Below are positions 1 through 12,000 of a stretch of 48,755 nt of DNA, in pieces. Numbering within the stretch: the stretch's first letter is position 1; each line of letters begins with the position of its first letter. Under the pieces are notes generated by a model that was not told the origin of the DNA, searched no databases, and saw only the letters and a program-made list of their open reading frames with translations. The translations under genes and the position numbers were made by a program. The stretch is taken from the IMG/VR virus record IMGVR_UViG_3300017903_002468, positions 1 to 48,755 of that record; one strand, written 5' to 3'. Source of the DNA: a virus (lineage: Duplodnaviria > Caudoviricetes).

Positions 1-278
1 ATACAGGGATTATATTTTTGAATAATAATCCTGGAGATATTTCAGGTACAAATCTTTATGCTTCCAAGGTTCTCGATGATAAGACGGGAGTCAATGAGCA
101 CGAAAGTCCATGGCGATCTAAAGAATCTTATGATGTGATACATAGATTGGAACCAAAGTATAATCGACTGTATTTGTTTGACGGGAAGAAGTTTCTGCAT
201 GGGATGAATATAGCAGACGATATGTATTTTGGTGAAGAGTATAGATTGAATCAAGTTTTCTTTTTTACTGATGACTAA
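1..278 (+). CDS. 5'-truncated 2OG-Fe(II) oxygenase-like protein (DUF6445-like), C-terminal part
   Basis: The frame is open from base 3 (TGIIFLNNNP...SGTNLY), upstream of the TTG used by the ORF track. The C-terminal pattern PKYNRLYLFDG..FLHG...RLNQVFF fits the distal His and Arg of a DSBH oxygenase. Confidence 0.6.
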   Translation, partial: TGIIFLNNNPGDISGTNLYASKVLDDKTGVNEHESPWRSKESYDVIHRLEPKYNRLYLFDGKKFLHGMNIADDMYFGEEYRLNQVFFFTDD

Positions 279-696
279 GATCGAGAAGTGGATTGAGCGT
301 ATCTCGGAGGGGCGTGAAGAATTAGGTGGTCATGCCATCTGTCCTTATGCCCATTCGGCATCTATAAATGTCACTAGGTGTAAATTAGAGGAAGTTGCTC
401 TGAATTCAGACGCGAACGCTGATGTCATGATATTTGATGTTGGTGACGTTAGTTTATGTGCATTAATGCAGAAAGTGTCTGAATTGTCGATGAAGCATCC
501 AGATTACATTGTCTTGGATGATCACATGGACGAACCAACGTATATCAATGGTGTCCAGAGCAATTATAGTGAAGGAAACTTAATACTAATCCAGAAGAGA
601 GATAAATTAGAAAGTGCGAGAGAATCTTTGCATAAGACCGATTATTACAAATATTGGTCACCATCCATGTATAGGAGAATAGTCAATGGCAAATAG
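271..696 (+). CDS. Hypothetical phage protein (141 aa) with N-terminal ICPYA motif
   Basis: ATG overlaps the end of the upstream gene. GGHAICPYA resembles the CP(F/Y)A motif of DUF1415-like proteins. Function unknown. Confidence 0.7.
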   Translation: MTKIEKWIERISEGREELGGHAICPYAHSASINVTRCKLEEVALNSDANADVMIFDVGDVSLCALMQKVSELSMKHPDYIVLDDHMDEPTYINGVQSNYSEGNLILIQKRDKLESARESLHKTDYYKYWSPSMYRRIVNGK

Positions 697-850
697 TCCA
701 ACCGATCTAGGCGAAAAGTTTGTAAAATCAGGAATGACACTTATCACCCAACCCGCTAGTGACTATTGGTTGAAGAAATCAGCAAAAATGAAAGAAGCAG
801 AAGAGTTTCTGCGTCATGCTGAGTGGGACGATGGATTTGTTGGTAAGTGA
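686..850 (+). CDS. Small hypothetical protein (54 aa, MANSPTDLGEKFVKSGMTLITQPASDYWLKK...WDDGFVGK), absent from the ORF track
   Basis: ATG at 686 with AGGAG at 673-677, open to TGA at 848-850. It fills the gap between the 141-aa ORF and the gp25 promoter. Confidence 0.75.
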   Translation: MANSPTDLGEKFVKSGMTLITQPASDYWLKKSAKMKEAEEFLRHAEWDDGFVGK

Positions 851-857
851 CTAAATA
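851..857 (+). promoter_or_regulatory. T4-type late promoter variant (CTAAATA)
   Basis: CTAAATA directly after a stop codon and about 24 nt upstream of gp25. It matches the gp55-dependent TATAAATA family. Confidence 0.65.
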
Positions 858-880
858 CTAAGAGGTAAACTCTACTAATA

Positions 881-1273
881 GTGGCAACTTTCCAATCGTT
901 CAAGGATTTGAGCATTACGTTCAAACCTCATCCTGTAACTGGCGATTTAGTCGTCAAGAAGGATGATGCTGCGATTAAGCAGGCGATCGTGAATTTATTG
1001 CTGACATCAAAAGGCGAGAGACCATTTGCTCCAGATCTGGGGTCTGATCTCCGCCGTTTGATGTTTGAACCCCTAGATGTGGCAACAGCAGGTGAAATTT
1101 CTTCTAACATCAGGGAGACACTACGTAATTACGAACCAAGGATTTCTGTTCTTGGTGTCGAAGTAATTGCAAACTTTGAGGATAACGGGTTTGATGTAGC
1201 ACTTGAGTTTGAAATTATTGGTAGAGAAGATTTTCCAGCAACACTAGAATTCTTCCTAGAGAGAACTCGATAA
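881..1273 (+). CDS. gp25: Baseplate wedge subunit gp25
   Basis: GTG start. Motifs KDLSITFKPHPVTGD, AIKQAIVNLLLT..GERPF.PDLGS and YEPRI are typical of the gp25/GPW family. Adjacent to gp6. Confidence 0.93.
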   Translation: MATFQSFKDLSITFKPHPVTGDLVVKKDDAAIKQAIVNLLLTSKGERPFAPDLGSDLRRLMFEPLDVATAGEISSNIRETLRNYEPRISVLGVEVIANFEDNGFDVALEFEIIGREDFPATLEFFLERTR

Positions 1274-3082
1274 ATGCCATACGTTCAACTATCAAACCTA
1301 GATTTTGAAGATATCAAGACTGCTCTCAAGGAATACTTGAGATCGCAGCAGGAATTTACTGACTTTGATTTTGAGGGTTCGACATGGGCGAACCTTCTTG
1401 ATGTATTGGCATATAACACCTACTACACGGCGTTTAACACCAACATGGTGGTGAACGAGACGTTCCTTGACTCTGCGACCCTGAGGGACAATGTAGTAGC
1501 ACTAGCGAAGCAATTAGGATACACACCAAAGTCTGCAACAGCACCCAAGGCGGTGTTGACTTTTAGGGCAGAATTTCCTAATGTTGCTCCAAACGAGATT
1601 ATTTTGAAGCGTGGTACAGGATTTACCGCAACATATGATACCGAAGCGTACAATTACGTAGTTATTGAGGACATTAAGGCACAAGTTGTAAGTGGAACCG
1701 CAACTTTTGATCAAATTTCCGTATATGAAGGAAACTTTGTTACAGATACTTACACAGTTAACGCAACTAAATCGAACAGATTCGTAGTTAAGAACCCATC
1801 TGCGGATATTTCTACGTTAAGAGTGCGTGTTTACCCTTCAGCACAGGCATCTACGGGAGAAGTATTCGCAAGAGCGGAAAATATTCTCTCTGTTACGGGA
1901 GAAAGCAAAGTATTTTACGCAGAAGAGATTGAAGATGAGCAGTATGAGATCTTCTTTGGTGATGGCGTCCTCGGAAAGAAATTGGAAGCGGGTAACCAAG
2001 TAGAGATTACATATCTGTCTACAAATGGTCCTGCAAGCAATGGTGCAAGGGCATTCACCTTCAACGGCGTCCTGGAGGACCCACAAGGGTCAACAAACTA
2101 TAATTACAACATTTCCTACACATCGTCGCTTGATCTCGCTGAGGTGGCAAATGGAGGCGCTGAGGTTGAATCACTGAAAAAGATCAAATTCAATGCACCT
2201 AAGTTCTTTGGTACACAGAACCGCGCAGTTACTGCTGATGACTACGCAGCAATTGTTCGTGAGATTTATCCTGCGATTGCAGACATCATTACATTTGGCG
2301 GAGAAGAAGATGATCCTCCTGAGTATGGTAAGGTAAAGATTGTCGTCAAACCATCTACCGCGTCAAGATTAAGTTCCAGAACCAAACAAGAGATTATCAA
2401 TGGACTTAAACCATACATGGTGGCATCTGTTATACCTGATATTAAGGATGCTTCCGTTCTTTACGTTGAATTGACTTCTAGAGTCATGTATGACAAGTCT
2501 GTAACTAATCAGACTGCTGCTGAAATCAAGTCTAAAGTAATCTCTGGTCTTGAAAAGTATATTGCATCTTCCGATACAGAAAAATTTAATGGTAAGTTCC
2601 GATATTCAAAATTTGTTGGCGTTATTGATGATGCTGATCGTAGTATCAATGGTAATCTCACAACTATCAAAATGAGAAAGGATTTCTATCCTAGAATCAA
2701 CAATAAGTTCTTCTATGAAGTTTGTTTCCAGAACGCATTTGATAACACTTGTGACGAAGATGTAATTGTACAATCGACAGGGTTTACAGTTAGTGAATAT
2801 CCTTTGGACACAGTGTATCTGGAGGATCGCGCTGGCAAAATGGTCCTATATAGAATAGACTCTATAACTAGTGAAAAAATTGTTCTCAACGACTCTGTTG
2901 GAACAGTAGATTACGAAAAAGGTGAGATCAAATTATTTGATTTGACGATTATTAAAGGCAGTTTCTTTGATAATCGTATTGAGATCAGATCCATCCCTCT
3001 CAGCAATGATATTCGTGCTGTCAGGGAAGTATACCTTGATGTAGATATCCCCAAGAGTTTGTTCACGATTACCGCAGAGTAA
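1274..3082 (+). CDS. gp6: Baseplate wedge subunit gp6
   Basis: LDFEDIK..LK.YL..Q.EFTDFDFEGS, LAYNTYY, ETFLDSATLRDNVV.LAK.LGY.P, FGDGVLG and QNRAVTADDY; 602 aa. Confidence 0.95.
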   Translation: MPYVQLSNLDFEDIKTALKEYLRSQQEFTDFDFEGSTWANLLDVLAYNTYYTAFNTNMVVNETFLDSATLRDNVVALAKQLGYTPKSATAPKAVLTFRAEFPNVAPNEIILKRGTGFTATYDTEAYNYVVIEDIKAQVVSGTATFDQISVYEGNFVTDTYTVNATKSNRFVVKNPSADISTLRVRVYPSAQASTGEVFARAENILSVTGESKVFYAEEIEDEQYEIFFGDGVLGKKLEAGNQVEITYLSTNGPASNGARAFTFNGVLEDPQGSTNYNYNISYTSSLDLAEVANGGAEVESLKKIKFNAPKFFGTQNRAVTADDYAAIVREIYPAIADIITFGGEEDDPPEYGKVKIVVKPSTASRLSSRTKQEIINGLKPYMVASVIPDIKDASVLYVELTSRVMYDKSVTNQTAAEIKSKVISGLEKYIASSDTEKFNGKFRYSKFVGVIDDADRSINGNLTTIKMRKDFYPRINNKFFYEVCFQNAFDNTCDEDVIVQSTGFTVSEYPLDTVYLEDRAGKMVLYRIDSITSEKIVLNDSVGTVDYEKGEIKLFDLTIIKGSFFDNRIEIRSIPLSNDIRAVREVYLDVDIPKSLFTITAE

Positions 3083-3088
3083 GTTTAA

Positions 3089-6000
3089 ATGGTAGAGACC
3101 AGAAGAATATCTACTCTTATTGAATCTCAACTGCCTGAGTTCATTATCAATGACTATGAGAACTTCTCAAAGGTCGTTGAAAAATACTATGAGCAGTTAG
3201 AACTGAGGGGCAATCCGCTTGACGTGATTAACAACATCACGAAATATCGTGATATCGATTTTTATGAGAAAAATCTTCTAAAAGAATCTACTAAACTATC
3301 AGCACAAGTTGATGCTGCTGATTCCACTATCCAGGTTGAAGACGCTACTTCCTTCCCTGAAAAAGATGGATATATTGCTATTGGAGATGAAATTTTATTC
3401 TACAAGAGTAGGACCGACACTTCTTTCTTAGAAGTATCTCGTGGTGTTAGCGGAAACCAAAGATTAGGTGATTTATACACATCTAGTCAGTTTGTTACTA
3501 CTCTTGCACAAAATCATGACATTGGTAATAACGTACAGAACATCAGTAACTTGTTCTTGTATGCTTTTGTCAAAAACTTCGAGTCAGACTACTTAGCATC
3601 TTTTCCTGAGAAGTATTTAAAAGATAGTGTAGACAAACGCACCCTGATTAAGAATATCACAGATTTTTATCAGGCAAAGGGTACGGATCGCTCGATACAG
3701 TTTATTTTTAATACCTTAATCTCTAATGAGAAACCAAAGGTATTAAAACCAAAAAACAATACCCTAAAAGCGTCCAATTCTGATTGGATTACCACATATT
3801 CGCTCAAAGTCCTTGTTCTAGAAGGAAATGCTGAGGATTTAATTGGAGAAACGATTACTCAGAATTTAGATCCTTTAAACAACAAAATTGGTTATGCTTC
3901 TGCAGTCGTAGACAATATTTTTGGTGCTGGGTTAGTTGATGGGCGTCCTCTGTATGAAATCTCCATTGATACTTCTACGCTAAACAATGAATTCAATATT
4001 GCATCCAAAACTTCATTGACTTCTGCAATGAATCTTGGTTTAGATGTTGGTGATAGGATTAATGTATATTCTACGGAAGGATTTTTACAAACAGGTAGGA
4101 TTTACATCAATGGAGAAGAAATTCAATATTCTAGTAAGAATGTAGATCAGTTTGTCATTAGTCGCAGAGAGCAAACCAGTGCTTATGCTAATGGCACAAA
4201 TGTTTATAGTTATTCTACTATTAGTTCTGGCAACATTAAATTGCTATGTTTAGGTGTACTATACAATCTAAACCCAGAAATTTCTTCTCCATATTCGGAA
4301 GAGGGAGATTTTGTTCAGATTTCTGAACCAGGATTTATTACTAACGATCCTATTTTGGTTGATGAAAATGGTTCGCTGAGATGGTTCGAGAGCACGGGAT
4401 TTGGTTCTTCCAGTGACATTAATGTAAGTAATTCAATTTCCGATCTCAAGAACAATGTATCTGCTGTTTATAGGGATGAAAACTATTATTATATTGCTAG
4501 TTCGGGTATTCCAGGAAGAAATATTCTGTATCCTGATGTAAACCAGACTTTAAGTGATCAGAAGATCCTAAAATTGATTCGTAAGAAACCACTGACGATC
4601 ACAGAGTCATATAAGACTCCTCAACGTGATGCTGCAATTTTTGTTGATGGAACTCTTGCTTTTTCGCATAAAGATTTTGATCAGATTAAGTTTGGCACTA
4701 TTACAAAGTTTAACGTTACAAATAAGGGAACTGCATATCTAGATCCTCCAAATGTTCTAATTAACAACAGACCAGGCAAAGCAAGAGCATTTTTGGCAGG
4801 AGAAACTGTCGATAGTATCGAACTTCTATCTACAGATACGTTTACTTCTGTTCCTGAAATTACTATTACTTCTGGCAGAGGAGCAAAAGCATCTGCCACT
4901 GTAACTTTTGGTGCTATTACTAGTTTACAAGTATTGGAGTCTGGAGAATACTACTCTACACCACCACAAGTCGTAATTACAGATAGATTAGGTAAAGGTA
5001 GATTTGCTAATTATAATGCAATCCTTGAAGGAGGTAAAGTTGTAGGATTTGAAGAGGTTGACCAAGGAAAATTCTACACTAAAGGAAATGTGATCGTTGA
5101 ACTTATTCCTGCAGGAAGAGATGCTCTTGCTACATGTGATATTGTTACTTGGACTAAAAATAGATACGTTAAGTTACAAGATGACCTTGATAACAACAAT
5201 GGTTATGTTTTCCCTCACTACAATAATACCAGGGGATTTGGTTATGGTGTTTGTGCTAACCCCATTCAACTAAGGAACGAACTGAACGACGATGGAACTG
5301 CACACTCTCCTATTTTGGGATTTGCTTATGATGGCAATCCCATTTATGGTCCTTATGGTTATGAGAACCCTCTAGACTCTACTAGCACTATTAATAGGAT
5401 TCGTTCTGCATATAGAATTAAGACAAACAGAATTGGTGGACCAGATACAAATGCTTATTCTCTGGGCACATTTATCGAAGACTATGAGTGGGTTCCTAGC
5501 ACTCAGACAGGCAAACTAGAACTAGATGAGAATAATGGTAGATTCTGTGTAACTCCAGAATATCCAAACGGAACTTATGCATATTTTGTATCTATTGATG
5601 TTGAAGGAAATCCTGCATTCCCATATATTGTTGGAGACAATTTTTATTCGCTACCTGTAGATTCCAATTACAATGCGGATCTAACACAAGATGATCTTCC
5701 TGCTAGAGCAGAAAGATACAGAATTCCAGGAATGGAATCAAATGGAGATGATTCTTTATTAACTATTGATGAAGTTCTTTCTGGTAATGTAGAAACAATC
5801 AACATTGTTGATTCTAGTTCCGAATTTAGAGTAGGAAATAGATTTCAAGTATCTGATGTAGGAACTGAAGGTTCTGGGGCATCTGGATATGTTTCTGCTG
5901 TTACAGGTAAAGATATTGTGTCTATGGACTGTAAGTCTTTAGAACCTTCTAATACGACATCTGTTGCTCTAGTAAGATTAACATCTCCAACATACTTGTT

Positions 6001-9000
6001 TGAGAACGACGTAATCACTCAAGTAGATTCAGATTTTACTGGTATAGTAATTTCTGATGTTTCTAACAGAAGTGAATTTGTTCTAGAGCAAGTAACAGGA
6101 ACATACGTTGCTGATAAAAAACTCAACTCCTCTAGTAATATTGTTAGTATTCTTATTGATAGAAATGTATTTTATACTGCAGAGTCTACATTATTACTAA
6201 CAGATGGCGATGATTCCACTCTTGCAACAGGTAGAATTCTTGAGTCTGTTTCTAATCAGAACTCTGTCAAAGTAGAAGTATTGACAGGTGAGTTCGTTGT
6301 TCCCGAAGAAATTGTTGTACCTCACTTCTTACAGAGCACCACTTTAGGAGATTCTGTTGGTGGAGAAGTTGTTACTTACACAGCACTTAGTAAGAACATC
6401 AACTCATTTGAAGTTAGAGATGATTTGGTTTTAGTTGAAACTTCGGAAGAGCATAACGTAGGTGTTAATAGTTTCGTTGATGTAGAAGTTACACCAGATG
6501 TAGCGCAAACAACTACAGATTATTATGTAAGAAAACGTTTCTATCAAGAAATTACTTTAAAGAAACCATCGTATAGTAGTCTCCTTAAAGATACTGGTGT
6601 TGGTAGAGGTGATTTACTGAATGGAGGTCTCGATTACTTTGCTGATACGTATATTGATGTTGAGTTAATTTTCCTTGATCAAAGTAAAGTCAGGAATGGT
6701 ATTGGATCTGCTGGAGATGCTAACAATGCTAGAGCAACTCTTGTTGTTAGCAACTTTAATGGAACAGGATATGGAAGTGTTTCTGATGTTACTATCACCA
6801 GCAAAGGAAGTGGTTATATTAGAGGTGATGTTCTAACAGTTGCTGATGCTGATCTTCAAAGATTGACAACATCAACAAATTCACAAAGACTCGCTTTTTC
6901 TATAGATCATGTTGGTTTTGCTCAGCGTAATACAGAATTAAAATTAGTTCAAGTTAACAGATTGTCGGAAAATGATCTGTTGTTGATTGATAGTGAGATT
7001 GTCAAAATTACTTCCATTGATAGCACTAACAGATCTGTTACTGTAGAAAGAGGACAAGAGGGATCTGTCGTTGTCGATCATTTCAATGATGCAAAAGTTG
7101 AGTTATACAAAGGTATCTATAGATTCGATGCTAACGCTAGACCATTAGGTACTGGCGTAAATGATCCTACTATTATTTCTTATGATGAAAATACTCAACG
7201 TGTTGTTTTAGCATATGATTACACTGCTCCTTCACCAAGAGAAGTAACTGTAAGTAGTGTCTTTCAGGATAATAGTTCCCCAAGAAAGTCTATTTCTATT
7301 GCTGCATCCATCCCAGGAGAAAATAGATTAGAATTTTCCAAAGATATCAATTTTGCTACCTATGGTGCTAATACTGATATTAGGATTCAAAAATATTACA
7401 AGTATAAGTTTGATACCAGTCACATTTCTATGCAGGGAGTATTCTTAGACTTCTCTGCTAGTAAAACTGGAACTATCTTCACTGAAGAGAAAGAAGTTAG
7501 TGGAATTCAACCAGGAAATGCTGGTTCGTTTGTTACCATCACATTAGGATTTGGTCCTAATATTGCTGGTCAATCACAGCAACGATTCCCTGTAAATTTT
7601 GACACATACTATTACTTCATTAAGTCTAATAGTGATGTTAATACTGATGGTGCTGCGTTACAAGTTATTGATGATCCTATTGCTGGATCTAAACAAGTCT
7701 TGTTTGCAACTCCAACGAAATTTGTTTATCCATACACAGAAGTTCCTGATTATAATGGCAAAGGAACTTTAAAGTATACTACAAATTCTCCTTTTGCAGT
7801 TGGTAAAATTCACTCTGCAACTATTGATAATAAAGGTTCTGAATACAAGAGACTTCCTGTTATTGTGGGATGTGATGTTGATGTTGATAATCAACCAAAT
7901 TTGAGTGTTATCTGGGATTCTCTAACTCAAACAATTAAAGGAGTAGATATTTTACAAAGTGGTAAGAATTTTGTAAATCCAAAAGCATATGTTAGTAATG
8001 GTGATGGAACTGGTGCAACATTTAATGTTGTACAAGATGCTGGAAGAATTGTACGAGTTGAAGTAGTAGATGGAGGAAGAGGTTATACTTATCAACCAAA
8101 TGTAGTTGTCTACGAAGGAAATGTAGAAGCATATTTTACATCAAATAACATTGGCATTCCTAAGAGTGTAAGTATTATTAGAAGTGGTTTTGGATACCAT
8201 AATGACAACACTTTACTATCTAAGTATACTTCTAACTATGCTCTTTTAATTAAAGGAACCGATAAGTTCTTTAAAGGAGAAAGAGTAGAGCAAAGAGATG
8301 GAAATCGCTTGGTATTTGCTGGTTATGTAGCAAATAATGGTTGGAGACTTGGAACCAATATTCTAAGACTTGAAAAAGTTACTGGAGTAGTAGATCTAAA
8401 TCTACCACTCAAATCTAGCAGAAACTCTTCTGTTGAAGTAAAAGATATTATTACAACCCAATTTGCTCCTGTAATTGAGTCTTATGCTGATAATGTTGGT
8501 AGATATACTTCTGATAGAGGTAAAGTTGGTGATAGAAATCAAAGAATTACAGATTCATATTTCTACCAAGACTATTCTTATGTGATCCAATCGAAGACTC
8601 CTATTAATACATGGAGAGATCTCATTAAGCAGACCACACACCCTGCTGGTTTCTTGATGTTTGGTGAGGTAGTTATTGAAAGTGAGCAGCGCAGTGAGAT
8701 GCCAGTTGCTCAACCCAAATCTGATAGAATTACATTTATTGAGCTTCCTACAAAGAGTATTACATCTACTAGAAAGTCAACTAAGATTACTACTAGTACT
8801 GTAAGAGTTAGAGACACAAACCTACGTAGAGGTGTTGGTAGTGTTGCTATCAATGAGTATGACACTGATGGCATCCTTTCCAAGGAACTAATCCTTGCAC
8901 AAGACTTTGATGGTCGATATGCAACTCAAGCAGATTATGTAGGACCTATTAAAGCAACTACCGCTGCTGCGCTACCTCAAGGAGGTTTTGTTTATACTGC

Positions 9001-12000
9001 TTGGGGTAGTGCGCTTGCAATTACTCCTGGTGAGTATGCTCACTGGGTAAAATTTAAAATGATTAGCAACACTGATGGTGTACCTGCTATTGGACCTTAC
9101 CTTGGTGTAGGAAATTCTCCTGCACAATTTTGGGATAGTAATGATAACTATAACATCTTCTTTAATGATGAATATGAAACCGATGGCACAGGTGTTTTTG
9201 ATCTGACTAAGATCGGTAGAATGATTATTGGTTTTATTCCTAATATGGGAGAGATCGACCAAAGATCTCCTGATGCGGATCCAGACTTGTTTACATTTGG
9301 TGCGCTTATTGAATCCACCGAATCGGATTTCTCTCAGATTACGTCTGGATTTGAAGTTGGTGATCAGATCACTTTCTATGAGAACTCGACATCTTTCATT
9401 AAGGTTGAAGTTGTATCTGTAGATGCACCTGCATATCATCCAGAGTTGGGTGTTATTGGTGATGGTAATGTACTAGGAAGAAGAACATTCCAATTGTTGG
9501 ACAAAGCAAATAATCTCGCATATAGTCCTTATAATGAGCAAGAATTGTTCCTTACTCTAAATGGAGTCGCTCAGGAACCAGGAGTAGCGTTTGAACTAAA
9601 TGGATCAAACATTACATTTGCTCGTGCTCCCCTTGGACCTCAGTATCCTGTCACGGGAGAAAACTTTGATGATACCTATACTACAGATCCTACTAAGTTT
9701 GTCTGTAAGTCATTCAAGTTTAAGAATGACACATTTAATGCTAAGTATCTCAGAAAACTGCAAGATATTTCTGATAGATTTGATGGTATTACTACAGAGT
9801 TTGAATTGGTGTGGGAAGATGGATCTATTGTCAAGACTGACACTAAAGAAAATCTACTTCTCTTTATTAATGGTGTTCTGCAAGCAGCAAACACCGCATA
9901 TACTATTGTCAGAAGTGCAAATGCATCAGAAACAGATATTGTAAGGTTTATTGAACCACCAAGAAATTTCTATGATGTTATTGGATACACTCCAGAACAA
10001 CTAGATCAGAAAGAATACTTCTATGGTTATGGTGTTGGTAGTTATGATCGTTTGAGGATTGATGAGAGACTAATTCCTTACAGAGGCGATGGTCCTTATT
10101 TGATTTTTGACGAAGAAACAGATACTGTCAAGAACATTACTGATGAAGATTTTGTTTTGGTGTTTGTTGATGGTGTCCTTCAGGCACCAGGAACATACAT
10201 TTTAAATGGTCCTAATATCAGATTTAGTTCTAATCTACAAAAGTATAGTCCCGAAACAGGAGAATCTGTTAGCAGCAAAGTAGAGATGATTTCTTTGTTT
10301 GGCAGACAGGTTCCAAAAACTATGTCTGCTTATGATTATGATAGAATTATTTACAGAAATGAAATTATCATTACAGCAACTTTAGAAATTACTAATAATC
10401 CCAATGGCAGTAATGAGTATCTAGAGTGGCAAGAAAACTTTACTGGATTTGATCCAAATAGTGTCAAGAATGTATTTACTTTTGATGATGATGGCAACAG
10501 ACGTTATATTGGTAAGTTAAACAAAGTCGTATTCAATGAACTTGTAGATGGATCAACAACTGGTCTTTCTAAACCAGGAGTTCTTGCACAAAGATTAACT
10601 CTTAAGGTTCTCAATGCTGCTAACCTAGACTTCACTGCAAACGAGTTCATTCCTGGTGTCAGTGATGACGATGAACTGAGGATGAAGAGCATTTATATTA
10701 GTGATGAACCAGGATTTACTAATCCTGTTAGTTTCAATGTTAACTATCCCATCTATAGAATCGATTGGGAATACAGTTTGAATTCTGATGGCGAAAGAGT
10801 TCTTGTTCAGGACATTCCTGACTGGATCAAAGGATCTAAGCTTGGCGATGATGCTTACTTCAACTTATTTGAAACTTTAGTAGACATCGCGCCTGGCGAT
10901 AAGATTATGATCGATGGTGAGTCTGTATATAGAGACATTCTATACATTCCACCTGAAGTTTCGGGCAGAAACTTTAATGCGGGTGCAACTGCTAAGTATG
11001 AGCATTATAGTCGTATTGAAGTCAGTAATTACAACGATATCACAAGAGGTGAGGGTCTTAGTATCAATTGTACTATCACTGATGGTGTCGTTACTGGAGT
11101 TGGATTTAGTGATCTTGAGTGGAACAAAAGAGATCTCAAGCTTTTCTTTGATACTGGCATTCTACTGCAACCAACTGCATATCAGTATTTTGTACCACCT
11201 CAGGTTAAGTTTGTACCTGTTGATGGCAATGGTGGCGGTGCTAGAGCAGAAGTTCTTTGTATTGCAGGACAGGTATTAGATGTTGTTCTAATTGAAGGTG
11301 GTAGTGGATACACACAACCACCCAAAGCAGTTGTTACTAGAGGATACAATGTTCTACGTAAAGAGTCGAGAAGTATCCAGAGTAACTATGAATTAAGAAT
11401 TGGTACACAGATTTCTATTGAGCAGAATACCACGATTGGCACTGAGATTATTATTAGAGGTGAAGGCAATCAAACTGGAATCTTCTCTATTATTAGTTTT
11501 GGTGTTGTTGGTTCTGCTGATCTCGTCACTGGTGACGAGATTGTCGAGCACATTCATCCTCCTGCTATTGAAGCAGGTGATAGTCTTGCATTACCCGAAG
11601 GAAACTCTATTGTCTTCACCAAGAGAGATCCATTTACCGCAATTGATCAGGTTGCATCTGAACTCATTCTCAATGAGACTCTCATTACATGCACAATTGA
11701 CAATCCAATTGCAAGTATTAGCAACATTAGTCCTGTTGGTCGTGTTGGTACGAATTCGTTCGTTGATGTTCTTACAAATAACATCCAGAAAATTATCAAC
11801 ACTCCAATTGCATACTTCCGTGAGGAGTCTGCATCTGCTGTTGGTGCATTGCTCGATTCTCCACTATCTCCTTCTGGAACAACACTATACGTCAACAATA
11901 CCTCTCTATTCGCTGACGTTGGCAAACTCCAAGTTGGCAAAGAGATTGTTGGATACGAAAGAAAACTCGAAGATAGATTCCTCAATGTCACCAGAGGACT

